A program made the translations under genes and the position numbers. A stretch of DNA of 64,000 nucleotides from Asterias rubens. Taxonomy: Eukaryota. The stretch spans positions 5,270,001-5,334,000 of the forward strand of contig NC_047066.1 of NCBI RefSeq assembly GCF_902459465.1, given 5' to 3'. Below, piece by piece: positions 1 through 12,092 of the stretch. The notes below the pieces were generated by a model, which searched no databases, had not been told where the DNA came from, and was given only the letters and a program-made list of their open reading frames with translations. Within the stretch, counting starts at the first letter, position 1; each line of letters starts with the position of its first letter.

Positions 1-254
1 AATATTACGTGCTGAGGTGCTGTAGTTTTTGGGAAATGAGTAAAACAAAGTCATGAAAATAATTTTCGTCTCATGAGACGAAAATTATTTTAATAATTTA
101 CAAACGTATTTTCATGACATTGTTTTACTTATTTCTCAAAAACTACAGCACCTCAGTAAGTAAGATTTGAAGGGAAGCTTTCCACTATCATTATCTTCAA
201 ACCCTGTAAGCTTAATGTAAATCTATGGACATTTTGAAAAAGTACCCAAATCCT
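1..254. mobile_element. TTAA-type MITE family E, right part (truncated by the window edge)
   Basis: Ends AAAAGTACCCAAATCCT|TTAA and has an internal palindrome; homologous to 11920-12092 and 54848-55140. Confidence 0.75.
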
Positions 255-1378
255 TTAAAATAAGATAAATTTGAGTTGTGACAAGGAAATTTGCTTTTGA
301 AAGCGGTAAATAATGAGGTCAAATGGTGGGCAATCATACTGCCATCATCTTGATCATGTTCCCTGTATCCAATTAGGGATACTAATATTCATTGCACCAA
401 ATGGAACCAGACCATTTTTCTTACAGCCTCGGTTTGATTACATCGGTTTGGAAAAGAGGAAAATCAAGACGGCCACACTATGATGAGGGTCTATTGCCTC
501 CTTATTTCATAGAGCTGCTTAAGCATAAAAAGCAGCTAAACAAAACAAAATTATGCTTGTAAGAATAACTTTACCAGCCAAAATATCATGTCACATATTC
601 AATTTGTGACTGGTATCCTGCTAATTTCGTCTTGGCAGAAAAATTGTTACGAAATATTTCCTGCCTAAAACAGCTCTATGAAATTGGGCACTGCTATTCT
701 AGTATTTTTCTGTTCCGTCCTTCCTCTGTTCTGAGACTTCCTTAGACAAGAGATTTACAACATGCCAGGCAGGAAATAACAAAGGTCTGAAATAAATCAA
801 CCTTCAGCCAATGTGACGAACTTGGGGGAGGAAAAATAAATAATAATTTGTTTCAAACATCAAACGACCACATGCGCAAACGTCACATCCTGACTACAAG
901 GAGCCTTTGAGGTCAACCTTAATCAAGAACAACACCCACATGCGTGAAACGTGAGGGACAACAAAAATGTTAATTGTCACAACACAAATGGTATTGAGTA
1001 CATGATGCAATAACCAGTCACGAATGTTCTAATTATGCTACCTTTAAATGGAAATTTTGGGGAAAATTGCAAAGCACACAAACTTGCTAACTAAACACTA
1101 TTTTGTACCAGGTGAGATTTCAGCTTCGTTCAATTTTCCTTGATTTGCAATGGCATGAATGGGGGACTTCGGGACAGTAGGCAACAGTAGACACGCAAGG
1201 CAACAATTATGACCTTCTGAAAGTATGTGCTTATTGACATGAAGTCACACACCTATACAGGTAACAACCGTAACTGCCGAATTCTGTGGTAAGCATTGCC
1301 ATGAAAATGGGCTTCGAAAACTGTCCATTGTTACAACATTTGCAGTTTGCATTCAGGGCGACTGTAAAAAAGACAGGG

Positions 1379-1743
1379 AGACACTGGAAACTATTGGTAA
1401 TTGTCAAAGACCAGTCTTCTCACTTGGTGTATCTAAACATATGCACAAAATAACAAACCTGTGTCAATTTGAACTTAATTGGTGGTCAAAGTTGCGAGAT
1501 AATAATGGAAGAAAAAACACCATTGTCACACAAAGTTTCTGTGCTTTCAGATGCTTGATTTTGGGACCTCAAAATCTAATTCTGAGGTCTTGAAATCAAA
1601 TTCGTGGAAAATTACTGTTTTCTCTAAAAATACGTTACTTCAGAGGGAGATGTCTCGCACAATGTTTTATACTATCAACAGCTCTCCATTGCTTGTTTTG
1701 CTAAAAATTATTTTGAGTAAATTACCAATAGTGTCCACTGCCT
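1379..1743 (+). mobile_element. TTAA-type MITE family A (Kolobok-like)
   Basis: TIR AG(A/G)CA(C/G)TGGACACTATTGGTAATT; shares its internal sequence with the other copies. Strand for family A is arbitrary: + means the ttgtcaaagac end is on the left. Confidence 0.85.
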
Positions 1744-4204
1744 CTAACATAAATGGGGAAAAAAACGCCACAATCAGGGAGGGAGATTTTCAGAGCCATG
1801 CATCATGAAAAAAGGTTGTTTATTTTTAGGGAACTTTTGCAGAATCTAAATCAGGAAGAGTTGACAGCTCTAAATTCTAAGCATGCGCACATGTCCAGAG
1901 AACAGTAGATTTACTCATTGAGTCTGCTGCCCCCTTGTGTCCCCAAACGTCTTCCTTTCCGAACGTTGTGACGAAGTAACCTTTCCTTTCTGACTCATAT
2001 TTAAAGATTGACCCATTAGGATGCACATGGTGTGCTATTTGTATCACATGCCATTGACACCAAATGTCCCTCCCCTTCTGGAGATTTTCCAAAACTGTGG
2101 GTCATAGACAACTTCAGAAAATGTCTTTTACCTGTACTAATCTAGAATCAGCATTAACCCCATTTTACAGCCAACCTGCGCGAAATTTGTGAAGTACTTG
2201 TAGCCAAATTTGGACCCAAATTTTGTGAGTTGAGGCACCCTGAACTGAAAGGAGATTCTCTAAATGTTTTTACTTGATGATTACCTTTTGCTTCAAAAGC
2301 TCTACTGTGCAATCTGGAGCATTTGAAATGGCTTAATGCCCCGCAATTTGCGCGTATTGGCGTATCGACTAACTAAGTGCAAAGGGAGAGAACCCTGTCT
2401 ACCTGTAACTATTAATAACTCTACAAAACAAAACTAAATCTTGCGGTTGCAGCATGCAAATATGCACAGACTATTCAACATCTAGATTCTTGTGATACAG
2501 TGAATATATGGAGGAAACAATGCACACGTAACAAACCAATGCAATTCACATACCTGGTAATTGTCTCGCACGTTCTAGTTAAACGATTAGAAATGTTTTT
2601 AAAGGGGGAAAAAGAACATTATTTAGCGAAATCACTGTTAATTCAGATTATTAGAGTTGCCCTTAGTTGTTAATGTGCAAATGATTAAATGTTCCTTGCA
2701 CATTTAATAAAAATTTAAAAAAACATAAAAAAGCAAAGTTAACTAAACTGAACACTTTGCATGTTCATACACATGTGTTAACTCAAAAACCACTTGGTTG
2801 TTGTGGTCAATGAGAATAATTAATAAATTTATTCAAATTGAGTTTAGCTTTCCTAGTCTTTTAAAAGAAATATTTTCCAGTTGACCAAACATGCTTTCTT
2901 TCAATTCTGCTGAGCATCGTTTATTGTTATAAGATAGAAAAGATAAATCCTTTCTTAGTTTCTTGCTCTATGGTTTGTTCAAATGAAACAGTTTAAATGA
3001 AAAAATTGTGTTCTCATTTTGATTCTGGCCTTTTTTTAGTCTGATTCACAGCTTGTTATACAATCTATGAGCTAAACATGCCCTGCGATCTTCTTGATTT
3101 TCCACAAAATTTGACTGTGAAATTACCCAAACATTTTGTTAAAGTTTCAACACCTGTTCACTTGTATTTGAAAGAAACATTTAGAGCAACAAAACAAAAT
3201 GAAAACAAACGTTTGCTAACTGCATGAACAAAAATGTAGTGCTTGCCGTACGACCGTGTAATAAATATGCGGTCAGTTCGTGAAGGAATTTAACCTAGCT
3301 AGCAGCTGCCATTCAGTCAATCCCTTCACTGACTGAGGACCAAGCCCCAAGTAATCCCACAAAACAGATGCAAATAACCTTTAAACCACAATCCAACAAA
3401 CAAACCTAAGAAGGAAAAACAACTTCAGGAACGTTTGCCACAAATTCCTTGATCCCCAGATGCAAGTAAAAAGACAGGACGCAACTTTGGTTGATCATTG
3501 GCAAAATAACTTTGGCAAAAGCTTACATGTACATTAAATTCTTTCAGTGCCTGCTTTTTGAGGGTTTTTTTTAAATTCTGTATTTAAAAAACAAAATGTA
3601 TGTTGCTGTTGTGTGCGCTGCCTTGACACATTCCAAAGTCAATTAGTATTTCTTGAGTGATCGGCCCTCTTGTGATGTATATTATGGGTGGTACAAACAA
3701 TCGACGGCAAATTTTGAGCACATCAAAAAGATCATGTACATGTTCATTGTATGTATACGATTATAGCGCTGTCAGAATATGGTTTTCAGTCAATTGTTTC
3801 CTTATCAATGGCCAAGTATGAAAATGACAGCAGTCAGTGAAGAACTATTTCTCAAGAAGAACTGATACAAACCTGTGAGAAATACGTCGACTTTGTTTGT
3901 ACCAGCTAATTGTCTAGTAGAAATCTTTGTTTTAAAAATTTCTCAGAGTGAACTTGGAGACGTTTTTGCAGTCGCAACACAGTGCAACACAGAGTGGGAA
4001 TGAGAGACTTTTGAATGGTCCTTTTTCACAGTTCTCGCCAGTAGTGCCGTTGTGTCTGCTGCTGCCAGCGTCTCAAAAGTCTCCCATATAGTTGACTGAT
4101 AGTGATAATTGCAACAACTTTTGCCATTTATTTTGTTGTACTTGTCAGGGTAAGTGTCACACTGGGGAGGGGGGGGGGGGGGTAATCTCTCCTTCTTAAC
4201 TCAC

Positions 4205-4550
4205 CATTCTGAATCTTAACCTGTGCACTCTCCAAGTCTGCAAGGAGGCTATCCAACTCCGACAAGTTATCCATCTTCGTCTCCTGATACGTCTTATTAT
4301 TGTAGCCCGTAGTCTCTGGGAACTGGTAAGCCGTGTTCGTCGGCTGTGGTGCGGGGCGTATTCTGGCCGGCTTGGGCGGGGGCGCGTTGTTCACCTGCTG
4401 GTTGGTGGTGGCCTGTGGTTGGTAGCTGCTGTTGTAGGCCGGGGAGCGTTGGCTGAAACCCTGGTGTGGTTTGGCATAGAGGTGGCTGGGGTCCTGACCC
4501 GGGGGAAGCCTGCGATCTGGCTGCTCTTCGTAAAGTGGTTCTGACTGAAG
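4205..4550 (-). CDS. PXN: Paxillin exon 3 (Tyr motifs, PxxPxR, LD2)
   Basis: Acceptor ccgcag|CTT (phase 0; an in-frame alternative lies 6 nt downstream). Encodes LYEEQP, HLYAKP, PPKPAR, AYQFP and MDNLSELDSLLADLE (LD2). Best donor is AAT G|GTGAGT at 4205/4204; a weaker CAG|GTTAAG is at 4221/4220. Downstream exons (LD3-5, LIM domains) were not found in the window. Confidence 0.85.
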
Positions 4551-4987
4551 CTGCGGTTTGTAAGTTTTCAATAAAAAATTCATGAGTTAATGAATTAATA
4601 AAGGTGTATCAGGCCTATTTAGATGAGCTTTAAAATCCCTTAGCACTTGTTCAAAAGTAGACATTGAGTCATGTACTCCTTGAACCTGACCTTGAAAGTG
4701 ACAACATTTTCTACTGTAGAGTCAGTTCTTGAATTGGTCTCAGCGTTTCGATCATCAGTCTCCTGACAATGACTACAAGCTAGTCGAAACGAAAACTTTC
4801 ATTGTGATTATTTCTCCGATGACAAGTTTATAATCGGTTATATGGCGGTCGCGCGACTTAAGACTTGATGCGTGATCAATACAAAAAAAAATGAAATATT
4901 TACCTATGAGGCACCAGTGACTAGTTGCTGAAAACACTGGCAATCATAATGAGCATTCAACAATTATCAATATCTACTTGATATATA

Positions 4988-5140
4988 ATGCGATGCGAAT
5001 ATTGACATCACAAATTCGCAGTAAATAATCCGCAGCAGTTCAGCTGTGCTCAACTCTTGCAAATTATTTGCAGCAAAAACAGCTGTGTTACGTCAAAATT
5101 CGCCTAATATTCACATTCGCAGGAAGTATGAACTGGCCTT
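4988..5140. mobile_element. Repeat family J; inverted second copy at 31286-31464
   Basis: cacattcgcaggaagtatgaac versus gttcatatacttcctgcgaatgtg; internal palindromic structure. Confidence 0.75.
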
Positions 5141-5272
5141 TAGAAGGGCTTAACCAGAGTGCCCTTTTAAGCTTGTCCAAGTTTGTACATCATCAGCTAC
5201 TCGCTGTGTGATTAATGAATCAAGAAACCATTATCTCTCATTAAATAATAATCAGAACTAATTGGTCCTTAC

Positions 5273-5475
5273 CTGCTGCTGTGAAAATCTATCGTTTCCG
5301 TTCACATTGGCCGGGATCTCAGAGTAGATTGGTGAAACCGGTGACTGGATTTCGTGTTGGGCTGGGGGTGGTGCCGTTGATGAATTGCTGTTGTTGGATG
5401 TTAATGGTGGTGGCGGCCCAGGCTTAGCAGACTTGAACTGTGACGTGGAAGCCTCTAAGTCTGCCAATAGTCTGT
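5273..5475 (-). CDS. PXN: Paxillin exon 2 (rest of LD1, proline-rich segment)
   Basis: Acceptor cattacag|AC AGA CTA TTG GCA GAC TTA GAG gives (D)RLLADLEASTS...PGPPPP...IYSEIP. Donor CAG|GTAAGG. 203 nt, phase 1 to phase 0. Confidence 0.9.
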
Positions 5476-6263
5476 CTGTAATGACAAGGGTTTACATTCA
5501 ATAAGAGAGGATTAGAGAGGATTGCGTAGATCAACAGATCAAGTGAGATTAAGCTGATGTGAGACAGTGATTTACCACTTGAGTTGAGCCTGACAATGAC
5601 GTCATTGAAATTGTGTGAGTGAGCATTTAGCAGACTTGGAACATCAGAAGGCAAGACCATTTTTATTTTGCAAAGGGCACCTTGGAAAATGTTTAGAGGG
5701 GCACCAGGGCCAAGACCAGGGCATGGCCTCTGTGTAATTCCAGGCCTGATTTGATATAGTGACACTGTCAGTGGCTTTCTTTTCAAATTGTCCTATTATA
5801 ATTCATCGTACATGCTATGCTTCAAGGACGTAAACTCAAATAACATTACACGTTTTAAAGTGTTAGCGGATTTCAAATGTACAAATACAATCATGAGTAG
5901 ATTGCCAATTTCATAATTGCTTCCTTTTCAGAAGCCATACCAAAGTAAAGTTTCCTTGTTCGGAAGTTCATAAAAACATTTTTTTTAAATTCAGCTAATG
6001 CTCTGGCTGAGCAGCACTGAAGCATAGTTCTTTGCAGAGAGCATGAAGTATGTATGAATCTACTTGAGTTTTGAAGATTTAAATTTGTAGACAATATACT
6101 TTTATTGATTTCTAACAAACCGGGCTATTTCAGACAAAAATTTTCTTTTAACAGGGTGCTTATCACAAATTACCAAAGTACCTGTATGACCCATACCTAC
6201 ATGTATAAACTCACTATGACATGTACATGTATGATAAAAAATAACAAGATTTGTATGATTTAA

Positions 6264-6615
6264 AGGCAGTGGACACTATTGGTAATTACTCAAAATAATT
6301 ATTAGCATAAAACCTTTCTTGGTGACGAGTAATGTGGAGAGGTTGATAGTATAAAACATTGTGTGAAACGTCTCCCTCTGAAGTGCCGTAGTTTTCAAGA
6401 AAGAAGTAATTTTCCACGAATTTGAGGTCTCGAAATTAACCATCTAAACGCACACAACTTCTTACGACAAGGATGGTTTTTTCTTTCATTATTATCTCCC
6501 AAGTTCGATGACCGATTATGCTCAAATTTTCACATGTTTGTTATTCTATGAATATGTTGAGATACACCAACTGTGATGGCTAGTCATTGACAATTACCAA
6601 TAGTGTCCCCTGCCT
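6264..6615 (-). mobile_element. MITE family A
   Basis: TTAA|AGGCAGTGGACACTATTGG...CCAATAGTGTCCCCTGCCT|TTAA. Confidence 0.9.
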
Positions 6616-8337
6616 TTAAAAGCTCCATTTTTATGGCCTGATGGTTGATGAAGTCAGAGTTTAGGCCTAATTGGCAAACAGTCTCATAAACTATGACTTC
6701 AAAAATACTTGAAATTCCAAACCAATTTTCTCCAAACACGAAAGTTCAGAGAAAGGTTGGCTCAATTGTCTGTTTCTGAACATGCTGACAATTTGTCTGA
6801 ACCGATAAATGTTAACCCACATCCAATAGGAAAAACACTTAAATGACCTTGACTTTCAGTAAATTAAACATCTCCCATTTAACGTTGACCTTCTGCCCTG
6901 CTAAAAGGTCACATACCAGACGCATAGATTAAATTGTTTTCAAGAAACTATTTGGCCTGGACTAAGGTCAACATTGATAGAGCACTGTGTAAAGATAGGG
7001 ATGAGCTCAACATTAAGAAGCGCTCCAAGCACATTTTTTCATGTCTGGATGGATGCGTGCATTTATTTAATCCAGTAATGACATTCAAAGTGATAACCTA
7101 TTTAAGAGGTGTGACCTTTGTCTAGCTTTCCTTGTAAAATTTTACATGAATGTACTATGTCTGGGATCGAAATTTAAACTGGAACAAAGGGGCCGATTTT
7201 ACAAACCAAAGTGATATGTCTTGATGCCTCTGCGGTGTTTTATTCTGACATCTGTCTTGTACTTTAAAATGTACTTTTTGTCTGGACATGATGATTTGTC
7301 CAGCAGGTCTGAGCATTTGTGAAAGTACATCTAGGAGCATGAGAGACAAGGCCAGGAAAAGAGTAATGGGAGAGGTTCACCGTCACAACTTTCCTGAAAT
7401 TCCAGGTTCTAGTGTCGATACCCGGATACCTACGACAGGCCATTAAACTTCTTGTTTTTTCGTCTAAATGTTTGAAATAAACACAGGGCTTGAATTGGGG
7501 GGGGGGAAATAAACAAGACCACCGGGCTTGTTGCTAGAAATGAACAGTTTAATATTATTACTTTTATTTGAACGAACACAATGTGTAGGCTAGAGAACAT
7601 TTATCTCATATGTCTGAAAGGTTAATCAGGCTCAAATCAAACATTTTTAACATAATTATTTTTTTTTTTTAATTGTTCAATTGAAAAACACAAGATCGCA
7701 AGAAAAAACGAGTCCAGAGTTTTTAGGCCCGAGACCGAAATCACTGGCCTCGGGCCTTTGATCCAGTGTAAACTTTGAGCCCTGATTATAGGCCTACATG
7801 CATTTCCAGTTTGTGCTGTTGAATCGTGGGGTACAGAATGTAGGAGAGGAGGGATGCCTACATGTTGTGTGTTTTGCCTGTGGTCCAGTGTCAACTTTGA
7901 GCCATGATGTACCCTACGTGCATTTCCAGTATGTGTTGTTGATTCGTGGGGTACATTACAACATACAAGTAGAAGTGGTGCACATTTCTGATATTGACAG
8001 AATGATCACAACAACTTTCCATGCCGTCTATGTGATCATCATCATCATCAGAGGCAAATGATGCAGAGAATAATGGAGAGACGGACATCAAGCAGATTGC
8101 AAACTTCACCGTTCAATGATTTGAGTCGGTGTAACTCCCTTGGGCAATAATAATATTGCCAGATGTTAAATTGTTGTTGTGTTTGTATTGTGGATATTAT
8201 GAGCCATAAATATGTTCTTTCCTGGAACTTGTTTGTTTTCATCTTTTTAGTTATTTTGTTCAATACTTGCTATGCACAGATATTGCAGGGCCTACATACT
8301 GTGCATTTCAGCCATTTCGAGATACAGTGGACATTAA

Positions 8338-8702
8338 AGCCATTATACACTTTCGGTAAACAGTATTATCCAAGGCCCACACTTAGTGTATCACAACTTA
8401 TATATAAAGTAACAAACCTGTGAAAATTTAGGCTCAATCGGTCATCGGAGTCGGGAGAAAATAACAGGGAAACCCACTCTTGTTTCCGCACGTTTCGCCG
8501 TGTCATGACATGTGTTTAAAATAAATCCGTAATTCTCGCTAATCGAAAATTTATATTGTTTTAATTTTTTCTCAAAAAGTAAAGCATTTCATGGAACAAT
8601 GTTTCAAGAGAAGTCTTTCACCATTACCTTCTGTAAACCCTGTAAATTATTTGTAAATCTGTAAACTTTTTTTTTTGTCTGTACCGAAAGTGTATAATGG
8701 CT
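8338..8702 (+). mobile_element. TTAA-type MITE family B
   Basis: TTAA|AGCCATTATACACTTTCGGTA...TACCGAAAGTGTATAATGGCT|TTAA. Confidence 0.9.
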
Positions 8703-9140
8703 TTAACTAACCATAGAGCAAGAACTGTAAGGTTTGTGTAAATCTGTCTGTACACACCAAAACCAGACAGTGCACTCCTACAATGCCCACCACACCTCAA
8801 AAAAGGGCTAATAGTTTTCAAACAGAATTGGAATGTATTTGAGTAACATAAAATTATGGCTTGTAGGTCTACACATTATATCATAATAAAATTAATAGGC
8901 CTATGGTTCATAGAGCACATGGCTAAATCAAGATTTTTTTTTTACAACATTAGTATCCCTGTCTGTTCATCAGGCATAATGCATACTTAGATAACTTTCT
9001 CAGCTCTCTGGGGACTGGGAGCATGGCCTACATGTACAACCTCATATTAGGCCTATAGGGCCTATTAGTCACTAGCGATAATATTTGTATTACATGTTTA
9101 AGAGGTTGTCTATTGATTCTATCCCTCGTGAGGAATGGAA

Positions 9141-9604
9141 TTGGATCATGCTCCACATGTAAAACTACCATTTCTTCATCATCTTCTCTACACAATGTAT
9201 CTTCAGGCCTAAAGGTCAGGGGTCACAGTGCTAGTCGCTTTTGAGGGTCCCTTGGTTTGGATCACGCTCCACATGTAAAACTACCATTTCTTCATCATCT
9301 TCTCTACACAATGTATCTTCAGGCCTAAAGGTCAGGGGTCACAGTGCTAGTCACTTTAGAGGGTCCCTTGGTTTGGATCACGCTCCACATGTAAAACTAC
9401 CATTTCTTCATCATCTTCACTACACAGGTATCCTCGGGCTTAAAGGTCAAGGGTCACAGTGCTAGTCACTTTTGAGGGTCCCTTGGTTTGGATCATGCTC
9501 CACATGTAAAACTACCATTTCTTCATCATCTTCACTACACAGGTATCCTCGGGCTTAAAGGTCAGGGGTCACAGTGCTAGTCACTTTTGAGGGTCCCTTG
9601 GTTT
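9141..9604. repeat. Tandem repeat, 4 x ~116 bp
   Basis: ttggatca(t/c)gctccacatgtaaaactacc starts at 9141, 9257, 9373 and 9488. Confidence 0.92.
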
Positions 9605-9639
9605 CATTATCAGAAAGATATAAAAATCCAGTGACTTAA

Positions 9640-10018
9640 AGGCACTGGACACTATTGGTAAGTAGTCTAAATAATTGTTAGCGTAAAAACTTACTTGGTT
9701 ACGAGCAATGGAGAGCTATTGATAGTACAAAACATTGTGAGAAACGTCTCCCTCTGAAGTAACGCAGTTTTTGAGAAAGAAGTAATTTCACACTAAAATA
9801 TTTGAAATGATTTTGAAAACCTCAGCTGAGATCTCGAAATCAAGCATCTGAAAGCTGACAATTTTGTTTGACAAGGGTGTTTTTTCTTTCATTATTCTCT
9901 CGCAACTTAGACAACCAATTGAGCTCAAATTTTCACAGGTTTGTTATTTTATGCATATGTTGAGATACACCAATTGAGAAGACTGGTCTTTGACAATTAC
10001 CAAAGGTGTCCAGTGTCT
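9640..10018 (-). mobile_element. MITE family A
   Basis: TTAA|AGGCACTGGACAC...GTGTCCAGTGTCT|TTAA. Confidence 0.9.
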
Positions 10019-10108
10019 TTAAACTGCACTGATCATGCAATGCCAACACAATGCCAACCCTATTCAAACCATTATCAAACCATTACTTGCACACTACTCC
10101 ATGGGTAA

Positions 10109-10466
10109 AGGCACTGGTCACCTTTAGTGATTGTCAAAGACCAGTACTCTCACATGGTGTATCCCAAAATGTACAAAATGACAAATCTGTGAAAATTTGG
10201 ACTCAATTGGTCGTCGAGTTGCAAGAGAATATGAAAGAAAAAAATACCCTTGTTGCATGTGCTTTCAGATAGGCTTCCAGGCCTGAAGTCTTTTATTAGA
10301 TTCAAATATTTGAGTGAGAAATTACCTCTTTCTCAAAAATTATGTTTCTTCAGATGGAGCTGTTTCTCAACAGCTCTCCATTGCTCATTACCAGGTAAGT
10401 TTTTATGCAAACCATTATTTTTTGTATTTTTTGGGATATAATATACAAATGTAGTGTCCAATGACT
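10109..10466 (+). mobile_element. MITE family A (diverged), plus a fragment at about 10700-10840
   Basis: GTAA|AGGCACTGG...GTGTCCAATGACT|TTAA. Confidence 0.8.
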
Positions 10467-11329
10467 TTAAACTGCACTGATCAACGCCTTGGGTGCTGGT
10501 GTACATAATGCCAACCCTGTACCAAACCCTTTCACACTAATCCATGAGTTAAGAGGTCACTCAATGAACTTAGTGAAAAACCGGGTTCCTTGTTCCCTGG
10601 ATATTTAGATTATCACCCCCTTTGCCTTTACTGCCAGCAGCAGAATGACACAATCCTCATTTGACATCCAACCAACTTTCAGGGATTTCTTTTTAAAAAA
10701 AACCTGTTTTACTTCAGAGAGAGCCATATTTCATCTCACATTGTTTTATACTGTACATGTCCATGTATCAGTATCTCTCCATTGCTCGTTACCAATAAGT
10801 TGTTTATGCTAACAGTTATTTTGAGTAACTACCAATAGTGGCTAGAGAGTTCCCTCAATGAACTTGGTCAAAAACCAGGTTCCTGGTTCCCCCCCCCTTA
10901 ATATTTAGATTATCACCTCCTTTGCCCTTAATGCCAGAAGCAGAATTTGACATCCAGCAAACTTCAGAGGAATGTTGCCCCCTGTGCAGCCATAGTGATT
11001 GGTGCTGGGCTGATACCATGGTGGGACCATGGGACCCACAAACCCGATATTATAAGGTTTGATTTTTTTGAGTGCAGATATGGCATCTAAACTATTCACA
11101 TCTTAAATCAAATGTAATAACCATCAGATTAGGATTGGAATGACTTAAGTCAAGTAGGAGTGCATTCATGTTCCATACTTTTCCGACATGTCTGATGGAT
11201 CATGGTCATGTTCAGTGAACACTCAGAGATTCCATCATTTGCATCTTGCAAACGAGGCGATTATGTACAGCTGCATCAGGGAGCCATTTTAGACTGAGGG
11301 TGGTATTCAACATAATAGAATAAACAGTT

Positions 11330-11733
11330 TTATAATATTGAAGTCTTATACAGCGCACCTATCTACCAAATAAGGTACTCAAGGCGCTGAGTAATATAAA
11401 CTTTCAGAAAGATAGGTTATTGAAGTGATGAATTCTGGGACCCAATTATGTAAGTGCAAGGGTTTACAAGGTGCTACGGCACATTCAGCAGCCACAGCGA
11501 GGAACACCAGGGCGAACCCCTTCTCTTTTCGATAAGTGACTGGGTTCTTTTAGTATGCATTACACAACACATGGGACCAACAGCTTTACGTCCCATCCGA
11601 AGGACAAAGCAATGGTTAAGTGTCTTGCTCAAGGACACAGTGCCACGGCTGGGGATTCGAACCCAAACTCTGCTGATCAGAAGCACCAGAGTTTTAATTC
11701 GGTGCTCTTAACCGCTCGGCCACGACACTTCCA
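11330..11733 (-). mobile_element. tRNA-derived SINE with central tgtgtccttgagcaagacacttaac box and L2-like tail
   Basis: Minus-strand head gtgtcgtggccgagcggttaagagc (A box)...gggttcgaatcc (B box); 3' end ctcagcgccttgag...gcgctgtataagacttcaatattat. Confidence 0.8.
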
Positions 11734-11919
11734 CACTAATAAGTTTTAATATTTGGGAAGACTCAAATTTGATCATCAGAACATGGACAAAATTGTTAAT
11801 TTTCAGAGACCTTTCTGCAGAATCAGGGAGAAATGGCAGCTCTGCACCATCAATGGAGGAAGAAACTCTTCCTCCATGATGGCACCACTGCCATCAAAAC
11901 AAATGAATAGAAATTAGTC

Positions 11920-12092
11920 TTGGGAAACTGTTTGACTCATTTCTCAAAAAAACTACATCACCACAGCAAGTAATATTTGAACGATGCCCAAGCTTTCTAC
12001 AATCATTATCTTGAAACTGTGTAGGCCTAAGTTTCACATGTAGATCTGTGGACATTGGCGTTTTGTCTTTTACAAAACAGTACCCAAACCCT
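11920..12092. mobile_element. MITE family E, partial
   Basis: ctcatttctcaaaaaaactac...agtacccaaaccct|TTAA. Confidence 0.7.

Noticed and set aside
1551-1808. Recurrent ORFs such as M(L/V)DF(E/G)TS...KSNSWKIT and MKEKTPLSHEVVCF (also 16794, 25887, 43548, 45130, 60873, 61672)
   Set aside because: They recur because they lie in family A MITE copies. Frames and stops differ between copies, and there is no transposase motif.
3960-4100. Open minus-strand frame WETFETLAAADTT...
   Set aside because: It overlaps a family L repeat fragment (tctgctgctgccagcgtctc) and has no paxillin similarity.
4128-4204. ORF continuation ...RRRDYPPPPLP* after LD2
   Set aside because: It lies after a consensus GTGAGT donor and is encoded by a G15 homopolymer, so it is treated as intron.
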